A stretch of 64,000 nucleotides of DNA from Blastocatellia bacterium (GTDB taxonomy: Bacteria; Acidobacteriota; Blastocatellia; UBA7656), in contig CAVXWP010000003.1 of NCBI GenBank assembly GCA_963765495.1, positions 192,001 through 256,000 on the forward strand, given 5' to 3'. Shown piece after piece: positions 1-9,629 of the stretch (the stretch's first letter is position 1; each line of letters starts with the position of its first letter). The position numbers and the translations under genes were made by a program. Below the pieces are notes generated by a model, which searched no databases, was not told where the DNA came from, and saw only the letters and a list, made by a program, of their open reading frames with translations.

Positions 1-1
1 G

Positions 2-109
2 TTGAGTTTCAAACATCCGGTCGATCTGGGAGACATCTCTCAATTCAAGTGCTCCGCGTGCCACACGGGAATCAATTATCTGAACGGCCCACAAAGCAAG
101 AGTAAGTGA
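2..109 (+). CDS. 3' end of a c-type (probably multiheme) cytochrome, partial
   Basis: Not in the ORF track. Frame 2 reads LSFKHPVDLGDISQFKCSACHTGINYLNGPQSKSK*, which contains a CxxCH heme motif; it lies next to hemN. Confidence 0.7.
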   Translation: MSFKHPVDLGDISQFKCSACHTGINYLNGPQSKSK

Positions 110-166
110 TGCGTGACCTTCAGGCCCAGGCCATTCAGTTTTCTAAAATGTAGGATAGGAAAATAG

Positions 167-249
167 AAATAGCCCACGGATGACGCGGATCGGGCGGATC
201 TACGCGGATCTGACCTTATATGATTTAATCCGCGCAAATCCGCCGCATC
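167..249. repeat. Palindromic intergenic repeat family A, copy 1 (right arm truncated)
   Basis: AAATAGCCCACGGATGACGCGGAT...AATCCGCGCAAATCCGCCGCATC is similar to the copies at 11161 and 15720. Confidence 0.8.
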
Positions 250-323
250 ATTCCTGATGCCGATTGCTGTAACTCAAGGACTGAATGGCCCTGCCTTCAG
301 TTTGAGCAATTCTCCTGACAGGA

Positions 324-337
324 GCGAAATTTTCCGC
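324..337 (+). promoter_or_regulatory. Putative activator (UAS) site upstream of hemN
   Basis: GCGAAATTTTCCGC matches the reverse complement of 9615-9628 at 13/14 positions. Confidence 0.55.
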
Positions 338-389
338 AATCTTCTGCCCGTCCAGACGCCAATACCGCCTGTTTACGCCGGAAAATCAC

Positions 390-405
390 GGGAATGCTTA
401 TTGCT
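390..405 (+). promoter_or_regulatory. Putative sigma54 (-24/-12) promoter of hemN
   Basis: gGGAATgcttaTTGCT gives exact GG-N10-GC spacing about 60 bp before the ATG. Confidence 0.6.
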
Positions 406-464
406 TAATGATTATCGCCTGCTGAAACACTGGCGATACTTTACCGATTCCGACGGATGAGATT

Positions 465-1886
465 ATGAAGGAAAACGAATCGTTTGAAATTCTGATAGGA
501 AGAGAACATCTGACAGTGTCAGGGGCGACGCTTGAGAAGTACAACCGGCCCGGCCCGCGTTACACCAGCTATCCGACCGCGCCCGAATGGACGGATGACC
601 GTGACGGCGCGCGGTGGCGCGAAGCTCTAAAGCGACCCCGCGCGGCAACAGACCTCGCGCCGATGTCGCTCTATTTTCACATTCCCTTTTGCCAGTCTCT
701 GTGTCTTTACTGCGGCTGCAATGTTTTCATCAGCAAAAATCACGATGTCAGCCGCCCGTACCTCGATCACCTGAAACGAGAGATAACCTGGGTGAGCGAG
801 GAACTCGACCGGGCGCGAAGAGTAGAGCAGTTGCACTGGGGGGGCGGTACGCCTACCTATCTTTCCCCGGCAGAGATCGAAGACCTCTACGGCCACATCA
901 GCGAGCGTTTTACTTTCGCCCCGGACGCCGAAATCAGCGTGGAAATAGATCCGCGCGCGACATCGGTCGAGCAATTGCAGGTGATGCGGCGACTGGGTTT
1001 CAATCGCGTCAGTCTCGGGATTCAGGATTTTGACCCCGTAGTTCAAAAGACCATTCGCCGCGTGCAGCCCTTCGAGATGACAAAGGATCTATTTGATTAC
1101 TGTCGCGAGCTTGGTTTTGAAAGCATCAATGTAGACTTGATTTACGGATTGCCTCATCAGACGGTCGAAAGCTTCCGCGATTCAATCGCTAAAATCATTT
1201 TTCTGAACCCGGATCGCATAGCCCTTTTCAGCTACGCGCACGTTCCGTGGATGAAGAAACAACAGGGGAGTTTTGCGCGGTTTCTTCCAGAAAGCGCAGA
1301 GAAGTTTCGCATCCTTGTGCGCGCAATCGAAGAGTTTACCGACGGAGGGTATCGCTATATTGGGCTGGATCATTTCGCCCGTCCCGATGATGAAATATGT
1401 CGCGCCCAGGACGAGCGCACGCTGCACAGAAATTTTCAAGGCTACACGACAAAGGCGGGATGCGACCTCTTCGGGATGGGCGTGAGCGCGATAAGCGCGA
1501 CCCGAGACGCCTACGCGCAGAACTGGCGCGAGTTGCCGAGCTATTACGAAGCCATAGATGGAGCGCGGTGGCCTGTGATGCGCGGGGTGCAACTCACGGA
1601 GGAAGACAGGTTGCGCCGCTCGGTGATCAACCGCATTCTCTGTCACTGTCTTGTAGAAAAGGACGAAATTGAAAGCGAGTTCGGGATCGGCTTTGACGAA
1701 CATTTCGCAAACGAACTCGACAGGCTCTTAGATCTTGAGCGTGACGGGCTTGTCAGTCTCTTTGACGACCGCATTGAAGTCCGGGCCCTGGGCCGCATCT
1801 TTATTCGCAATATCGCCATGCAATTTGACGCGTATCTGAACAGACCGGAGGTTGAACATAAACAGGTATTCTCTAAAACGCTTTAG
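465..1886 (+). CDS. hemN: Oxygen-independent coproporphyrinogen III oxidase (radical SAM)
   Basis: Motifs GPRYTSYPTA, YFHIPFCQSLCLYCGC (CxxxCxxC), GGGTP, LHRNFQGYTT and C-terminal FSKTL. Confidence 0.96.
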   Translation: MKENESFEILIGREHLTVSGATLEKYNRPGPRYTSYPTAPEWTDDRDGARWREALKRPRAATDLAPMSLYFHIPFCQSLCLYCGCNVFISKNHDVSRPYLDHLKREITWVSEELDRARRVEQLHWGGGTPTYLSPAEIEDLYGHISERFTFAPDAEISVEIDPRATSVEQLQVMRRLGFNRVSLGIQDFDPVVQKTIRRVQPFEMTKDLFDYCRELGFESINVDLIYGLPHQTVESFRDSIAKIIFLNPDRIALFSYAHVPWMKKQQGSFARFLPESAEKFRILVRAIEEFTDGGYRYIGLDHFARPDDEICRAQDERTLHRNFQGYTTKAGCDLFGMGVSAISATRDAYAQNWRELPSYYEAIDGARWPVMRGVQLTEEDRLRRSVINRILCHCLVEKDEIESEFGIGFDEHFANELDRLLDLERDGLVSLFDDRIEVRALGRIFIRNIAMQFDAYLNRPEVEHKQVFSKTL

Positions 1887-1950
1887 AGAGCGCGACAACA
1901 GCTTCGCATCAAGGGTCCTGAAAGGAGAGCGACAGAAAGGAGAGCCCCCG

Positions 1951-2505
1951 ATGATCGGACCATTACATACACTCAAACATGAGCATCGCGTCATAGAGCG
2001 AACCCTGCGCGCGCTTGACGGAATGTGTAAGAGGCTACTCTGGGGCGAGCATGTTTCAGCCGATGCGCTGGCCCAGGTAGTCGATTTTATCAGCGCCTAT
2101 GCGGACGGCTTCCATCACAAAAAAGAGGAAGAATATCTCTTCCCGGCCCTTGCCGAACAGGGAATCGCTATCGAAGGCGGGCCTCTTGGCGTGATGAATC
2201 GCCAGCACGAATGCGAGCGCGAGCTTACATCTGAAATGATCGCGGCCATTGAAGCTTACAGAAGCCTCGACACTCACGCGAGCAGCCGCTTTGTGGAGGC
2301 CGCAATCAAATACATAGATTTTCTCATCGCTCATATGGAAAAAGAAGACAGCATGTTGTTCCGGCTCGCCGACGAGTTGCTGGAGGATGAGGAGAAGACC
2401 GCGCTCGGCGAGGCGTTCAAACAGGCCGAGCAACTCTTAACCCGTCGCACGGTTCAGGAATATGAGCAGATAGCATCCGCTCTGGAAGAGAGATGGGGCG
2501 TTTAG
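1951..2505 (+). CDS. Hemerythrin HHE cation-binding domain protein
   Basis: Motifs LKHEHRVI, HHKKEEEYLFP, QHECER and HMEKEDSMLF; start taken at the ATG at 1951 after an AGGAG site. Confidence 0.88.
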   Translation: MIGPLHTLKHEHRVIERTLRALDGMCKRLLWGEHVSADALAQVVDFISAYADGFHHKKEEEYLFPALAEQGIAIEGGPLGVMNRQHECERELTSEMIAAIEAYRSLDTHASSRFVEAAIKYIDFLIAHMEKEDSMLFRLADELLEDEEKTALGEAFKQAEQLLTRRTVQEYEQIASALEERWGV

Positions 2506-2607
2506 TGAAGTATGGATTGATGAGCGATGCGAGGACAGCCTCGCATCCGGGATTTCAAATCTCAAATTTCAAGTCTCAGATTTAATAAGTGCATGGAGAA
2601 AACAATC

Positions 2608-2802
2608 ATGATAGAAGCTACTTTAGTGCGTGAATGGGATTCAGACGCGTTTCATAATCGGGTACGGGAGCTGGAGAGTCAGGGTTTTGACGCGATACAG
2701 GAGACCTATCGCATCATACCTGAGATGAATCCCGAAAACGGGCAGATCATTCATCTATACTCTATCGAGATGCAAAAGCCCTACGAGGTGGAATCAGAAT
2801 GA
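2608..2802 (+). CDS. Small hypothetical protein
   Basis: GGAG precedes the ATG at 2608; 64 aa of protein-like composition (MIEATLVREWDSDAFH...). Confidence 0.55.
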   Translation: MIEATLVREWDSDAFHNRVRELESQGFDAIQETYRIIPEMNPENGQIIHLYSIEMQKPYEVESE

Positions 2803-2832
2803 TACCTTGTCGCGCTCGCCTTTATGACCGGC

Positions 2833-3876
2833 TCAGTAACCTTCTCCCTCTTCGAGCGAGACCTTGCCTCTGAAAGAGCGGTACAGGTAAACGAAATAAC
2901 CTGTGGCCATGATTATTCCGATCAGCCACCATACAAGCCCGACCGACAGCCCGTACTGATTGCTCGCCGTATTGTAAATCGTCAGGCTGTACTGGTCGCC
3001 CGTGCTCGCGGGCAACACATAAGGGTAAAGCCCAAAGGCCGCGCCGCAAAGCATCCCCGCGATATAGGCCGTTGAGGAGAGAAAGGCTGCAAAGTCGCGG
3101 CCTCGGGCTCGGAAGAGATGCATCGCAGCAAGCGAGCCGACTACAACGAGTGGGAATACCGCGCCCCACACTCGCGTTTTGTAGTTATCGAGCATCTGCG
3201 GGCGCACGTAAAGGGTTGCTATCAGGCTGAGAATCGTCAGCGCGACAAGCAAGGATGACGAAAAGGCCGCCACGCGCCTAGCCCGAAGATTTATATCGCC
3301 TTCGGTCTTTGTGGCAATGTAATGCGCGCCATGTGTAGTGAGCGTTGCGAGAGCCACTACCCCTGTCAGCACCGTGTACCAGTCGAGTATGCCCGGCTGA
3401 TCGGTGACGGTAAAAGTCGTCCAGAGAGCCTCAAAGAAGTACCCTTCCGCGTTTAGCGGCACGCCACGGATGACGTTTCCAATTGCCGCGCCGAAAAAGA
3501 TCGCAAGCAACAGGCTCGAACCCGTAAAGATAAAATCATAAAATGACCGCCACAGATTATCGTCTATATGAGAACGCAATTCGATCCCGACGGCGCGAAG
3601 CATCAAAAGCCACAGCACCATCATTAAAGGCAGATAAAACCCGCTGAAACTCGAAGCGTAAAGCAGAGGAAAGGCAAAATAGAGAGCGCCGCCTGCGGCA
3701 AGCAGCCAGACTTCGTTGCCGTCCCACACAGGCCCGATTGCTCTCAGAACGCTTCGGCGTTCCTCATCCGTTTTTGCTACGAGCGGGTGGATTATCCCCG
3801 CGCCCAGATCGAAACCGTCCAGCACCACGTAACAGGCCAGCATGAAAGCTACTAAGATAAACCATAGAGTCGCCAT
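2833..3876 (-). CDS. cydB: Cytochrome bd ubiquinol oxidase subunit II
   Basis: Motifs YVVLDGFDLGAG and IGPVWDGNEVWL; polytopic membrane protein; AAGGAG lies before ATG 3876. Confidence 0.95.
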   Translation of the reverse strand: MATLWFILVAFMLACYVVLDGFDLGAGIIHPLVAKTDEERRSVLRAIGPVWDGNEVWLLAAGGALYFAFPLLYASSFSGFYLPLMMVLWLLMLRAVGIELRSHIDDNLWRSFYDFIFTGSSLLLAIFFGAAIGNVIRGVPLNAEGYFFEALWTTFTVTDQPGILDWYTVLTGVVALATLTTHGAHYIATKTEGDINLRARRVAAFSSSLLVALTILSLIATLYVRPQMLDNYKTRVWGAVFPLVVVGSLAAMHLFRARGRDFAAFLSSTAYIAGMLCGAAFGLYPYVLPASTGDQYSLTIYNTASNQYGLSVGLVWWLIGIIMATGYFVYLYRSFRGKVSLEEGEGY

Positions 3877-3889
3877 CGCTTTTCTCCTT

Positions 3890-5269
3890 TCACTTTCCCG
3901 CGGGTTCGGGCGCGTATTTTGATTCCGGCGCATCTGCCGCTTCCGTCTGAGCAGGACCGGGGCCGTGCGCGACCTCGCGCATAATCAGGTAGAGAAACAG
4001 AACCCCGAGCACCAGATACATCCCCATAAATCCGAGCAGCGTAAACAACCCGTTGCCCGCCGACACGGTAGGCGAAAACCCGTGCTCGGTTCTCATCAAT
4101 CCATAAACGAGCCACGGCTGGCGGCCTACTTCGGCGGTGATCCACCCGGCTGTGTTTGCGATGTAAGGAAATGGAAAACTCAACATCAGAATCCATAACA
4201 TCCATCGGGTATCAAACAATTTTTTGCGCCAGAGCAGAAAGCCTGAAACGACCATGACGGCTATAAAGATCGTGCCGAGGCCGACCATTATGTGATAGCT
4301 GTAGTAGATGAGCGAGATATTATCGGGCCACTGGTCGCGCGGAAAATCGTTCAATCCCTTCACCTCGGCATCCCACCTGCGATGGGTCATAAAACTTAGC
4401 ATGTGCGGTACGGCGAGCGGGTTATCCAGATGCTGGGTCTCAACGTTTGGCTGCCCTATGATGACTATCGGCGCGCCCCGTTCGGTGTCGAAATGGCCTT
4501 CCATCGCCGCAAAGGTTACAGGCTGATAATTTGCGACCATCTTCGAGTGTGAATCGCCTGTGGGGAATGATTGAATCACAGAAGCCGCAAGCCCCGCGAT
4601 CACGCCCATCTTCAAGAAGAGACGGCCCAATTCTTCGTGCTTCTTTGAAAGCACATAGAAGGCTCCGACCGCCGCCATCACGAATGCTCCTGTGATGAGA
4701 GCGCCGATCATATTGTGAGCATACTGCCAGCCAGCCCACGGATTGAGCAACAACCCCCAGAAGCTTGTCAGATAAGCCGTGCCGTCGCTTGCGATGGCGT
4801 ATGCTACCGGGTGCTGCATCCACGCGTCCGTGGCTATGATGAAATACCCTGAAAGCCACGAGCCCGCAAAGACCAGGAAAGCGGCGACCCAGTGAAGTTT
4901 CGGCCCGAGCCGTTTCTCGCCGAAAAGGAATAGCCCCAGAAAAGATGATTCAAGAAAGAAGGCAAATACGCCTTCCATAGCCAGAGTCGTTGCGATGACT
5001 CCGCCGGAGTAATGCGAAAACCTCGCCCAGTTGGTTCCGAATTGAAACTCCATAGGTATGCCGGTGATGACGCCGAACAGAAAATTGACGCCGAATATCT
5101 TTGCCCAGAAACGGGCGGCGCGGTTGTAGCGATCATCTTTTTTCCACATGGCGAGCGTTTTAAACAGGACGATCAGCGGGGCAAGCCCCATGGTCAGTTG
5201 GGGGAAGAGGTAATGAAACGTGATGGTGAAAGCAAAGTGCAGCCTGTCTATGATTAAAGCGCTATCCAC
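3890..5269 (-). CDS. cydA: Cytochrome bd ubiquinol oxidase subunit I
   Basis: Motifs FHYLF, GIPMEFQFGTNW, EGVFAFFLES and GWITAEVGRQPWLVYGLMRT. Confidence 0.96.
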   Translation of the reverse strand: MDSALIIDRLHFAFTITFHYLFPQLTMGLAPLIVLFKTLAMWKKDDRYNRAARFWAKIFGVNFLFGVITGIPMEFQFGTNWARFSHYSGGVIATTLAMEGVFAFFLESSFLGLFLFGEKRLGPKLHWVAAFLVFAGSWLSGYFIIATDAWMQHPVAYAIASDGTAYLTSFWGLLLNPWAGWQYAHNMIGALITGAFVMAAVGAFYVLSKKHEELGRLFLKMGVIAGLAASVIQSFPTGDSHSKMVANYQPVTFAAMEGHFDTERGAPIVIIGQPNVETQHLDNPLAVPHMLSFMTHRRWDAEVKGLNDFPRDQWPDNISLIYYSYHIMVGLGTIFIAVMVVSGFLLWRKKLFDTRWMLWILMLSFPFPYIANTAGWITAEVGRQPWLVYGLMRTEHGFSPTVSAGNGLFTLLGFMGMYLVLGVLFLYLIMREVAHGPGPAQTEAADAPESKYAPEPAGK

Positions 5270-5386
5270 AATTTTTCCTCCCGGCGGGCGCGGTGATTTC
5301 TCGCGCCTTATTCTTGATTGCTCTTAATTTTCCTTGATCTTCTGTTTGATCGGGCCGGTTATAAAGATTCAAACAACCGTCAGAAC

Positions 5387-7351
5387 CTAATGGAGCATCT
5401 CGGCAAGCGCCTTTAAAAGCTTCTCGCCCGAGTAGGGCTTTGACAAAAAGATTTTCACACCTGTGCCGCGCGCGTCACTCATTCTGGCATTTTCGGCGAG
5501 CCCGCTGCTTGCGATGATCTTAACCTGAGGGTCCATTTTTTGCAGGGCGCGAATCGTGGCCGGCCCGTCCATATAAGGCATCATCATGTCGGTAATCACC
5601 ACTTTGATCTCGTCCCGGTGCTGGGCATAAACCGCAATGGCTTCTGTGCCGTCGCTCGCCGTGACCACTCGATAACCGTAAGTTTCGAGCGTCGCCTTTG
5701 CGATTTCACGGATGGCAGCCTCGTCATCGACTATGAGTATCAACTCGCCATTGCCTCGCGGCAGATCAGACGAACCCCCTTCACCCTGCGATGCTTTTGA
5801 GATACGGACCGCCGGGATATGAATCTTGAACTGGGTCCCGCGTCCCACCTCGCTATAGACGGTAATAAATCCCCCGTGGCCTTTGACAATTCCCGTAGCC
5901 GTAGACAGCCCCAGCCCCGTCCCCTTGCTGTGCTCTTTGGTCGTAAAGAAAGGCTCGAATATTTTATTTATGATCTCGGGCGGAATGCCCGTTCCCGTGT
6001 CTGAAATGGAGAGCGCCACATAAGGGCCGGGGCTCGCTTCCAGATTCATGCGAGCATAATTGGCGTCTATGGCGGTGTTTTCGGCCCTGATCGTGAGTTT
6101 GCCGCCGTGCGGCATGGAATCGCGCGCGTTCACGCAGAAATTCATCAAAACCTGATGCAATTGCGTAGGGTCGCCCGCGACCACCCATAAATCTTCCGGC
6201 ACTTCGCAACCGACTTCGATTGATCTGGGGATCGTGTCTTTCAATATCTTCACAATCTCGAGAATAAGGTGTCGGGGTTGGAGCGTTACACGCTGTCCTT
6301 CTGCGCCTCTGGCAAACGAGAGCACCTGTTTGACCAGCCCCGCCCCCCGCTCTGCGCTTGCCCTGAGCAAAGCGAGCAGTCGCTGACTGTCCTCGTCGGT
6401 GTAGCGCTCCTCAAGCATGCGGATCGCCATGATGATAGGCGAAAGCAGATTGTTAAAATCGTGCGCTATGCCGCTTGCCAGCGTGCCTATGCTCTCCATT
6501 CGTTGTGCGCGCAGGAACTGGGATTCGATCTTTTTCTTATCAGTAATATCCGTATTTATCACCAGCACCGAAACAGGGGTTTTGCCTTCATCGCGCACAA
6601 GCGTCCAGCGGCTTTCGACGATGATCTCGGTGTTGTTTCTGGTCAACTGTCTAAGCTCGCCTTTCCACTTCCCGCTTTCGAGGAGTTCCTGCTTTGCCCT
6701 GTCAAAGTGCTCAAGGTTTTCTCCGAAGATTTCCTGCGCCGATCTGCCCGTTACCTCCGAAGCATGCCAGCCATAGATTCGTTCGGCGCTACGATTCCAG
6801 TACAAAATCTGGTCTTCCAGATCGCGCACTAAAATCGCATCCTGCGCGTTGTCGAGCAGGGCCGCCTGCTGGCGCAACCGCTCTTCGGCCTGCTTGCGCT
6901 CGGTGATGTCATTGCGGATCGCTACATACTGATAGGGCTTTCCATCATCGTTCAGGAAAGGCACAATCGTCGTATCCACCCAGTAAATGGTTCCGTCCTT
7001 TGCCAGATTTCTGATCTCGCCTTTCCACACCCTGCCGCCTGCGATAGTGACCCAGAGATTTCTGATAAACTCTTTCGGGTGATAACCGGAGTTGATTATG
7101 CGATGATCCTGTCCGAGCAATTCTTCTCTGGAATATTTGGAGATTTCGCAGAACTTGTCGTTTACAAATTTGATTATGCCTGTCTGATCGGTTATCGCTA
7201 CAATCGAGGATTCATCGAGCGCAAACTTCAGATCGGCAAGCTCCTTGAGCGATCTCTTTAATACCTCCGATGAAGCAGACTCCATCTCGCGGGCCAGGTC
7301 CGTCCCATTGGATTGAGTTGAGGGTGATTCGTCTTTTTCAGTCTTAATCAT
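5387..7351 (-). CDS. PAS-PAS hybrid sensor histidine kinase with C-terminal receiver
   Basis: Two PAS domains (the first NifL/Aer-like), H-box SGIAHDFNN, N/G boxes (NARD, DTGTG, FFTTK, GTGLGL) and receiver VDDE...TDMMMP. The start codon is uncertain. Confidence 0.92.
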   Translation of the reverse strand: MIKTEKDESPSTQSNGTDLAREMESASSEVLKRSLKELADLKFALDESSIVAITDQTGIIKFVNDKFCEISKYSREELLGQDHRIINSGYHPKEFIRNLWVTIAGGRVWKGEIRNLAKDGTIYWVDTTIVPFLNDDGKPYQYVAIRNDITERKQAEERLRQQAALLDNAQDAILVRDLEDQILYWNRSAERIYGWHASEVTGRSAQEIFGENLEHFDRAKQELLESGKWKGELRQLTRNNTEIIVESRWTLVRDEGKTPVSVLVINTDITDKKKIESQFLRAQRMESIGTLASGIAHDFNNLLSPIIMAIRMLEERYTDEDSQRLLALLRASAERGAGLVKQVLSFARGAEGQRVTLQPRHLILEIVKILKDTIPRSIEVGCEVPEDLWVVAGDPTQLHQVLMNFCVNARDSMPHGGKLTIRAENTAIDANYARMNLEASPGPYVALSISDTGTGIPPEIINKIFEPFFTTKEHSKGTGLGLSTATGIVKGHGGFITVYSEVGRGTQFKIHIPAVRISKASQGEGGSSDLPRGNGELILIVDDEAAIREIAKATLETYGYRVVTASDGTEAIAVYAQHRDEIKVVITDMMMPYMDGPATIRALQKMDPQVKIIASSGLAENARMSDARGTGVKIFLSKPYSGEKLLKALAEMLH

Positions 7352-7479
7352 TCGAGATTCGAGCGGCTTGTCCAAACTTCGCCTTAGCGACTTCAGTATA
7401 TAAGGCCGGATGCCGATTTTATACTACAAACCTGATATTGATTAAACAAGCATCAAAGCAGGCAGGAGTTCATCAATAG

Positions 7480-7545
7480 CCACAGGGGCGCAGCAGGCAC
7501 AGAGAAAAGATTATAAAAAACTCTGTGTCTGCTGTGTCTCTGTGG
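7480..7545. repeat. Imperfect palindrome (REP-like, possible terminator)
   Basis: CCACAGGGGCGCAGCAGGCACAGAG - AT-rich loop - CTCTGTGTCTGCTGTGTCTCTGTGG, located just after the stop at 7566. Confidence 0.65.
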
Positions 7546-7565
7546 TAAATTTTCTACCTTTCTTT

Positions 7566-7985
7566 CTATTTCTCTTCAACGCCAGTCATCTCTGTGACGC
7601 GGATGCGAAAGATGATTACGGAAGACTGACCATCGTGCACGGGAACCGATTCGACGGGCGTCAGTTGAGGAAAGCGCGAAAGCAGGCGACGCGCAGCCCA
7701 TCTGCGTTCGGCATCATCGGTTATCTCTTCATAAAGGCCAAAGGCTATCGCGCTTTTCCAGTGAAGATCATCCTGAACATCTTCGATTTGAAAACAGGCG
7801 CGCGGGTTGGCGCGCAACGCGCGGACCTTGCGCCCTACCAGCGAGTGGATATAAATATCGCCGTCGTGAAAGACGTAATTGACCGGGACTATGTATGGTC
7901 CGTCTTCTACGACGCAGCCGAGTCGTCCCGTGCGAGCCTGGCCAAACATCTTTCGCGTTTCATCCTTGCTCAAGGGCCTGATCAA
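7566..7985 (-). CDS. Pyridoxamine 5'-phosphate oxidase-like flavin-binding protein
   Basis: Motifs GRLGC..PYIVPVNY, GRKVRALRANPRACFQ and WKSAIAFG; TTG start after GAGGAGG. Confidence 0.88.
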   Translation of the reverse strand: MIRPLSKDETRKMFGQARTGRLGCVVEDGPYIVPVNYVFHDGDIYIHSLVGRKVRALRANPRACFQIEDVQDDLHWKSAIAFGLYEEITDDAERRWAARRLLSRFPQLTPVESVPVHDGQSSVIIFRIRVTEMTGVEEK

Positions 7986-8009
7986 AACGAATCCTCCTCT
8001 CAACCCAGT

Positions 8010-8063
8010 TTAATACAGAGGGCTTAATACAAAGGGCTTAATACAAAGGGCTTAATACAAAGG
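8010..8063. repeat. 14-bp tandem repeat (about 4 copies) spanning the USP stop codon
   Basis: TTAATACA(G/A)AGGGC occurs three times plus a partial fourth copy. Confidence 0.9.
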
Positions 8064-8522
8064 CCGAGACGCGAGATCGCGAGCGCGCACTATTTCGACC
8101 GAGCACCGGGCGTGTGAGGCGACGGCTTGCGATACGGAGCCAAGCCATAATTTCGTAAGCCCGCGATAGCCGTGCGAGCCTACGACAATCAAATCGGCCT
8201 CCCAGCGGTTCGCCTCATCCGTTATTACATGCTTTGGATAACCCGAAAGCACTTCGGTGGTAATTTTCAGATTTTCTCCCTGTTCCCGGCGCAGCTTTTC
8301 AGCCGCCTTGTTTACCGCCTGATTCGCCTGATTTTCGATAAACTGTTCCATCTCTTCGAAGTAAGAGTTATTTGGAACCCACCCTTCGACCACCGGAATC
8401 ACCGGAACCTCCATTACCGAAACAATCTTCACCTCGGTCTCTTTTGGCCAGGGTTTGTTTGCCACTTCATCCACCGCCGCTTCGCTGAATTTGGAACCGT
8501 CAGTAGCCAGTAAGATTTTCAT
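8052..8522 (-). CDS. Universal stress protein (single USP domain)
   Basis: MKILLATDGS...ADLIVVGSHG...LGSVSQAVASHARCSVEIVR. Confidence 0.95.
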   Translation of the reverse strand: MKILLATDGSKFSEAAVDEVANKPWPKETEVKIVSVMEVPVIPVVEGWVPNNSYFEEMEQFIENQANQAVNKAAEKLRREQGENLKITTEVLSGYPKHVITDEANRWEADLIVVGSHGYRGLTKLWLGSVSQAVASHARCSVEIVRARDLASRPLY

Positions 8523-9487
8523 CTCAAACCTCCTTTCATCGCGTCGACGCGGGTCGCTGAAGCATATCCATCCTCCCGCCCGGCCATATTCGGTTTGAGC
8601 GGTCTTGCTATCAAAACAGGGCAGGGAGCCTGTCTGAGTACGCGGTCCGCGTTTGAGCCGAAGAGCGCCCGCATGCCAAACCCGGTGCCGCTTGCGCCCA
8701 GACAGATCAAGTCTACCCTCTGATCTTCGGCGTGATTCAGGATCTCTCTGTAGGGGTGTCCTTCGACCACGTGTTGTTTAACATCGCACCATAACCGCGC
8801 TTCATCCGAGACGGCCAGGTTCAATCTTTTCATTACCTCGTCAAAAGATGCGCTGGTGCTTGTGGGAAGAAAAGTTATTTCGGGTGATTCCCCCTTTGCG
8901 CGAGGCGGCATGATATGGAGTATCTGAAGTTCGGCCTGATACTCTTGCGCGAGCGACAGTCCGTAGGCAAGCGCCAGTTCGGAATCAATCGAAAAGTCAT
9001 ATCCAACGAGCAGGCGTTTCAAACCCACTTCATTTGTTTCAATGCCTTCCCACGCTTGCTCGCGTGGGTGAGTGACCATCACGGGACAGGGCGCTGTCCG
9101 GCATACGGCTTCGGCGGTCGAGCCGAGCAGGGCAGCCGCAAGCGGTCGCCTGCGAGATCGCATAACGATCAAATCTATTGCCCGTTTAGCCGCTTCCTGC
9201 GGGATGGCTGTCTGCGGGTTGCCTTCGACAATGATGACCTCGGAATCAACGGCTGTAAGGGCAGGAAGGCAGGTTTGCTTCTCGATCTGGTCTTTAAGAC
9301 CCTCCCTGAGGTGGTGGTAATCTATGCCGCTCACTATCTCATCTTCGGTGATGGAATGTATCACCGTAAGCTTTGCTTCGTAAGCCCTCGAAAGAGCTAT
9401 GGCGTAGCGTAAAGCTTCGTCAGAGTCGGGGATCAATCCTATAGGACATAATATGCGCTTGAAGTTGATTCGCTTATCAGTTTTCAT
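8519..9487 (-). CDS. Universal stress protein (tandem USP domains)
   Basis: Two USP repeats ending LLGSTAEAVCRTAPCPV and FGSNADRVLRQAPCPV. Confidence 0.93.
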   Translation of the reverse strand: MKTDKRINFKRILCPIGLIPDSDEALRYAIALSRAYEAKLTVIHSITEDEIVSGIDYHHLREGLKDQIEKQTCLPALTAVDSEVIIVEGNPQTAIPQEAAKRAIDLIVMRSRRRPLAAALLGSTAEAVCRTAPCPVMVTHPREQAWEGIETNEVGLKRLLVGYDFSIDSELALAYGLSLAQEYQAELQILHIMPPRAKGESPEITFLPTSTSASFDEVMKRLNLAVSDEARLWCDVKQHVVEGHPYREILNHAEDQRVDLICLGASGTGFGMRALFGSNADRVLRQAPCPVLIARPLKPNMAGREDGYASATRVDAMKGGLR

Positions 9488-9535
9488 GGATTATATCGCT
9501 GCGAAAGGCAGCGCCCTCCTTCCAGCCGTTCAAGA

Positions 9536-9551
9536 AGCAACGTATGTGCCG
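9536..9551 (-). promoter_or_regulatory. Sigma54 (-24/-12) promoter of the USP operon
   Basis: The minus strand reads cGGCACatacgTTGCT, a near-consensus GG-N10-GC. Confidence 0.75.
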
Positions 9552-9614
9552 CTAAGAAACGCCCGGAACTGAAAGCGGAATCAATGTCGGTTGCGGAATA
9601 TGACCTATCAGACA

Positions 9615-9628
9615 GCGGATAATTTCGC
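9615..9628 (-). promoter_or_regulatory. Putative activator (UAS) site for the USP promoter
   Basis: The minus strand reads GCGAAATTATCCGC, matching 324-337. Confidence 0.55.
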
Positions 9629-9629
9629 A

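Noticed and set aside
5310-5352. Three TTGAT half-sites upstream of cydA as an FNR box
   Set aside because: None forms TTGAT-N4-ATCAA; too weak to call.
8010-8063. Possible mini-CRISPR array
   Set aside because: The 14-bp units are contiguous with no spacers and there is no cas operon; the Cas4-like domain at 11-15 kb belongs to a helicase fusion.
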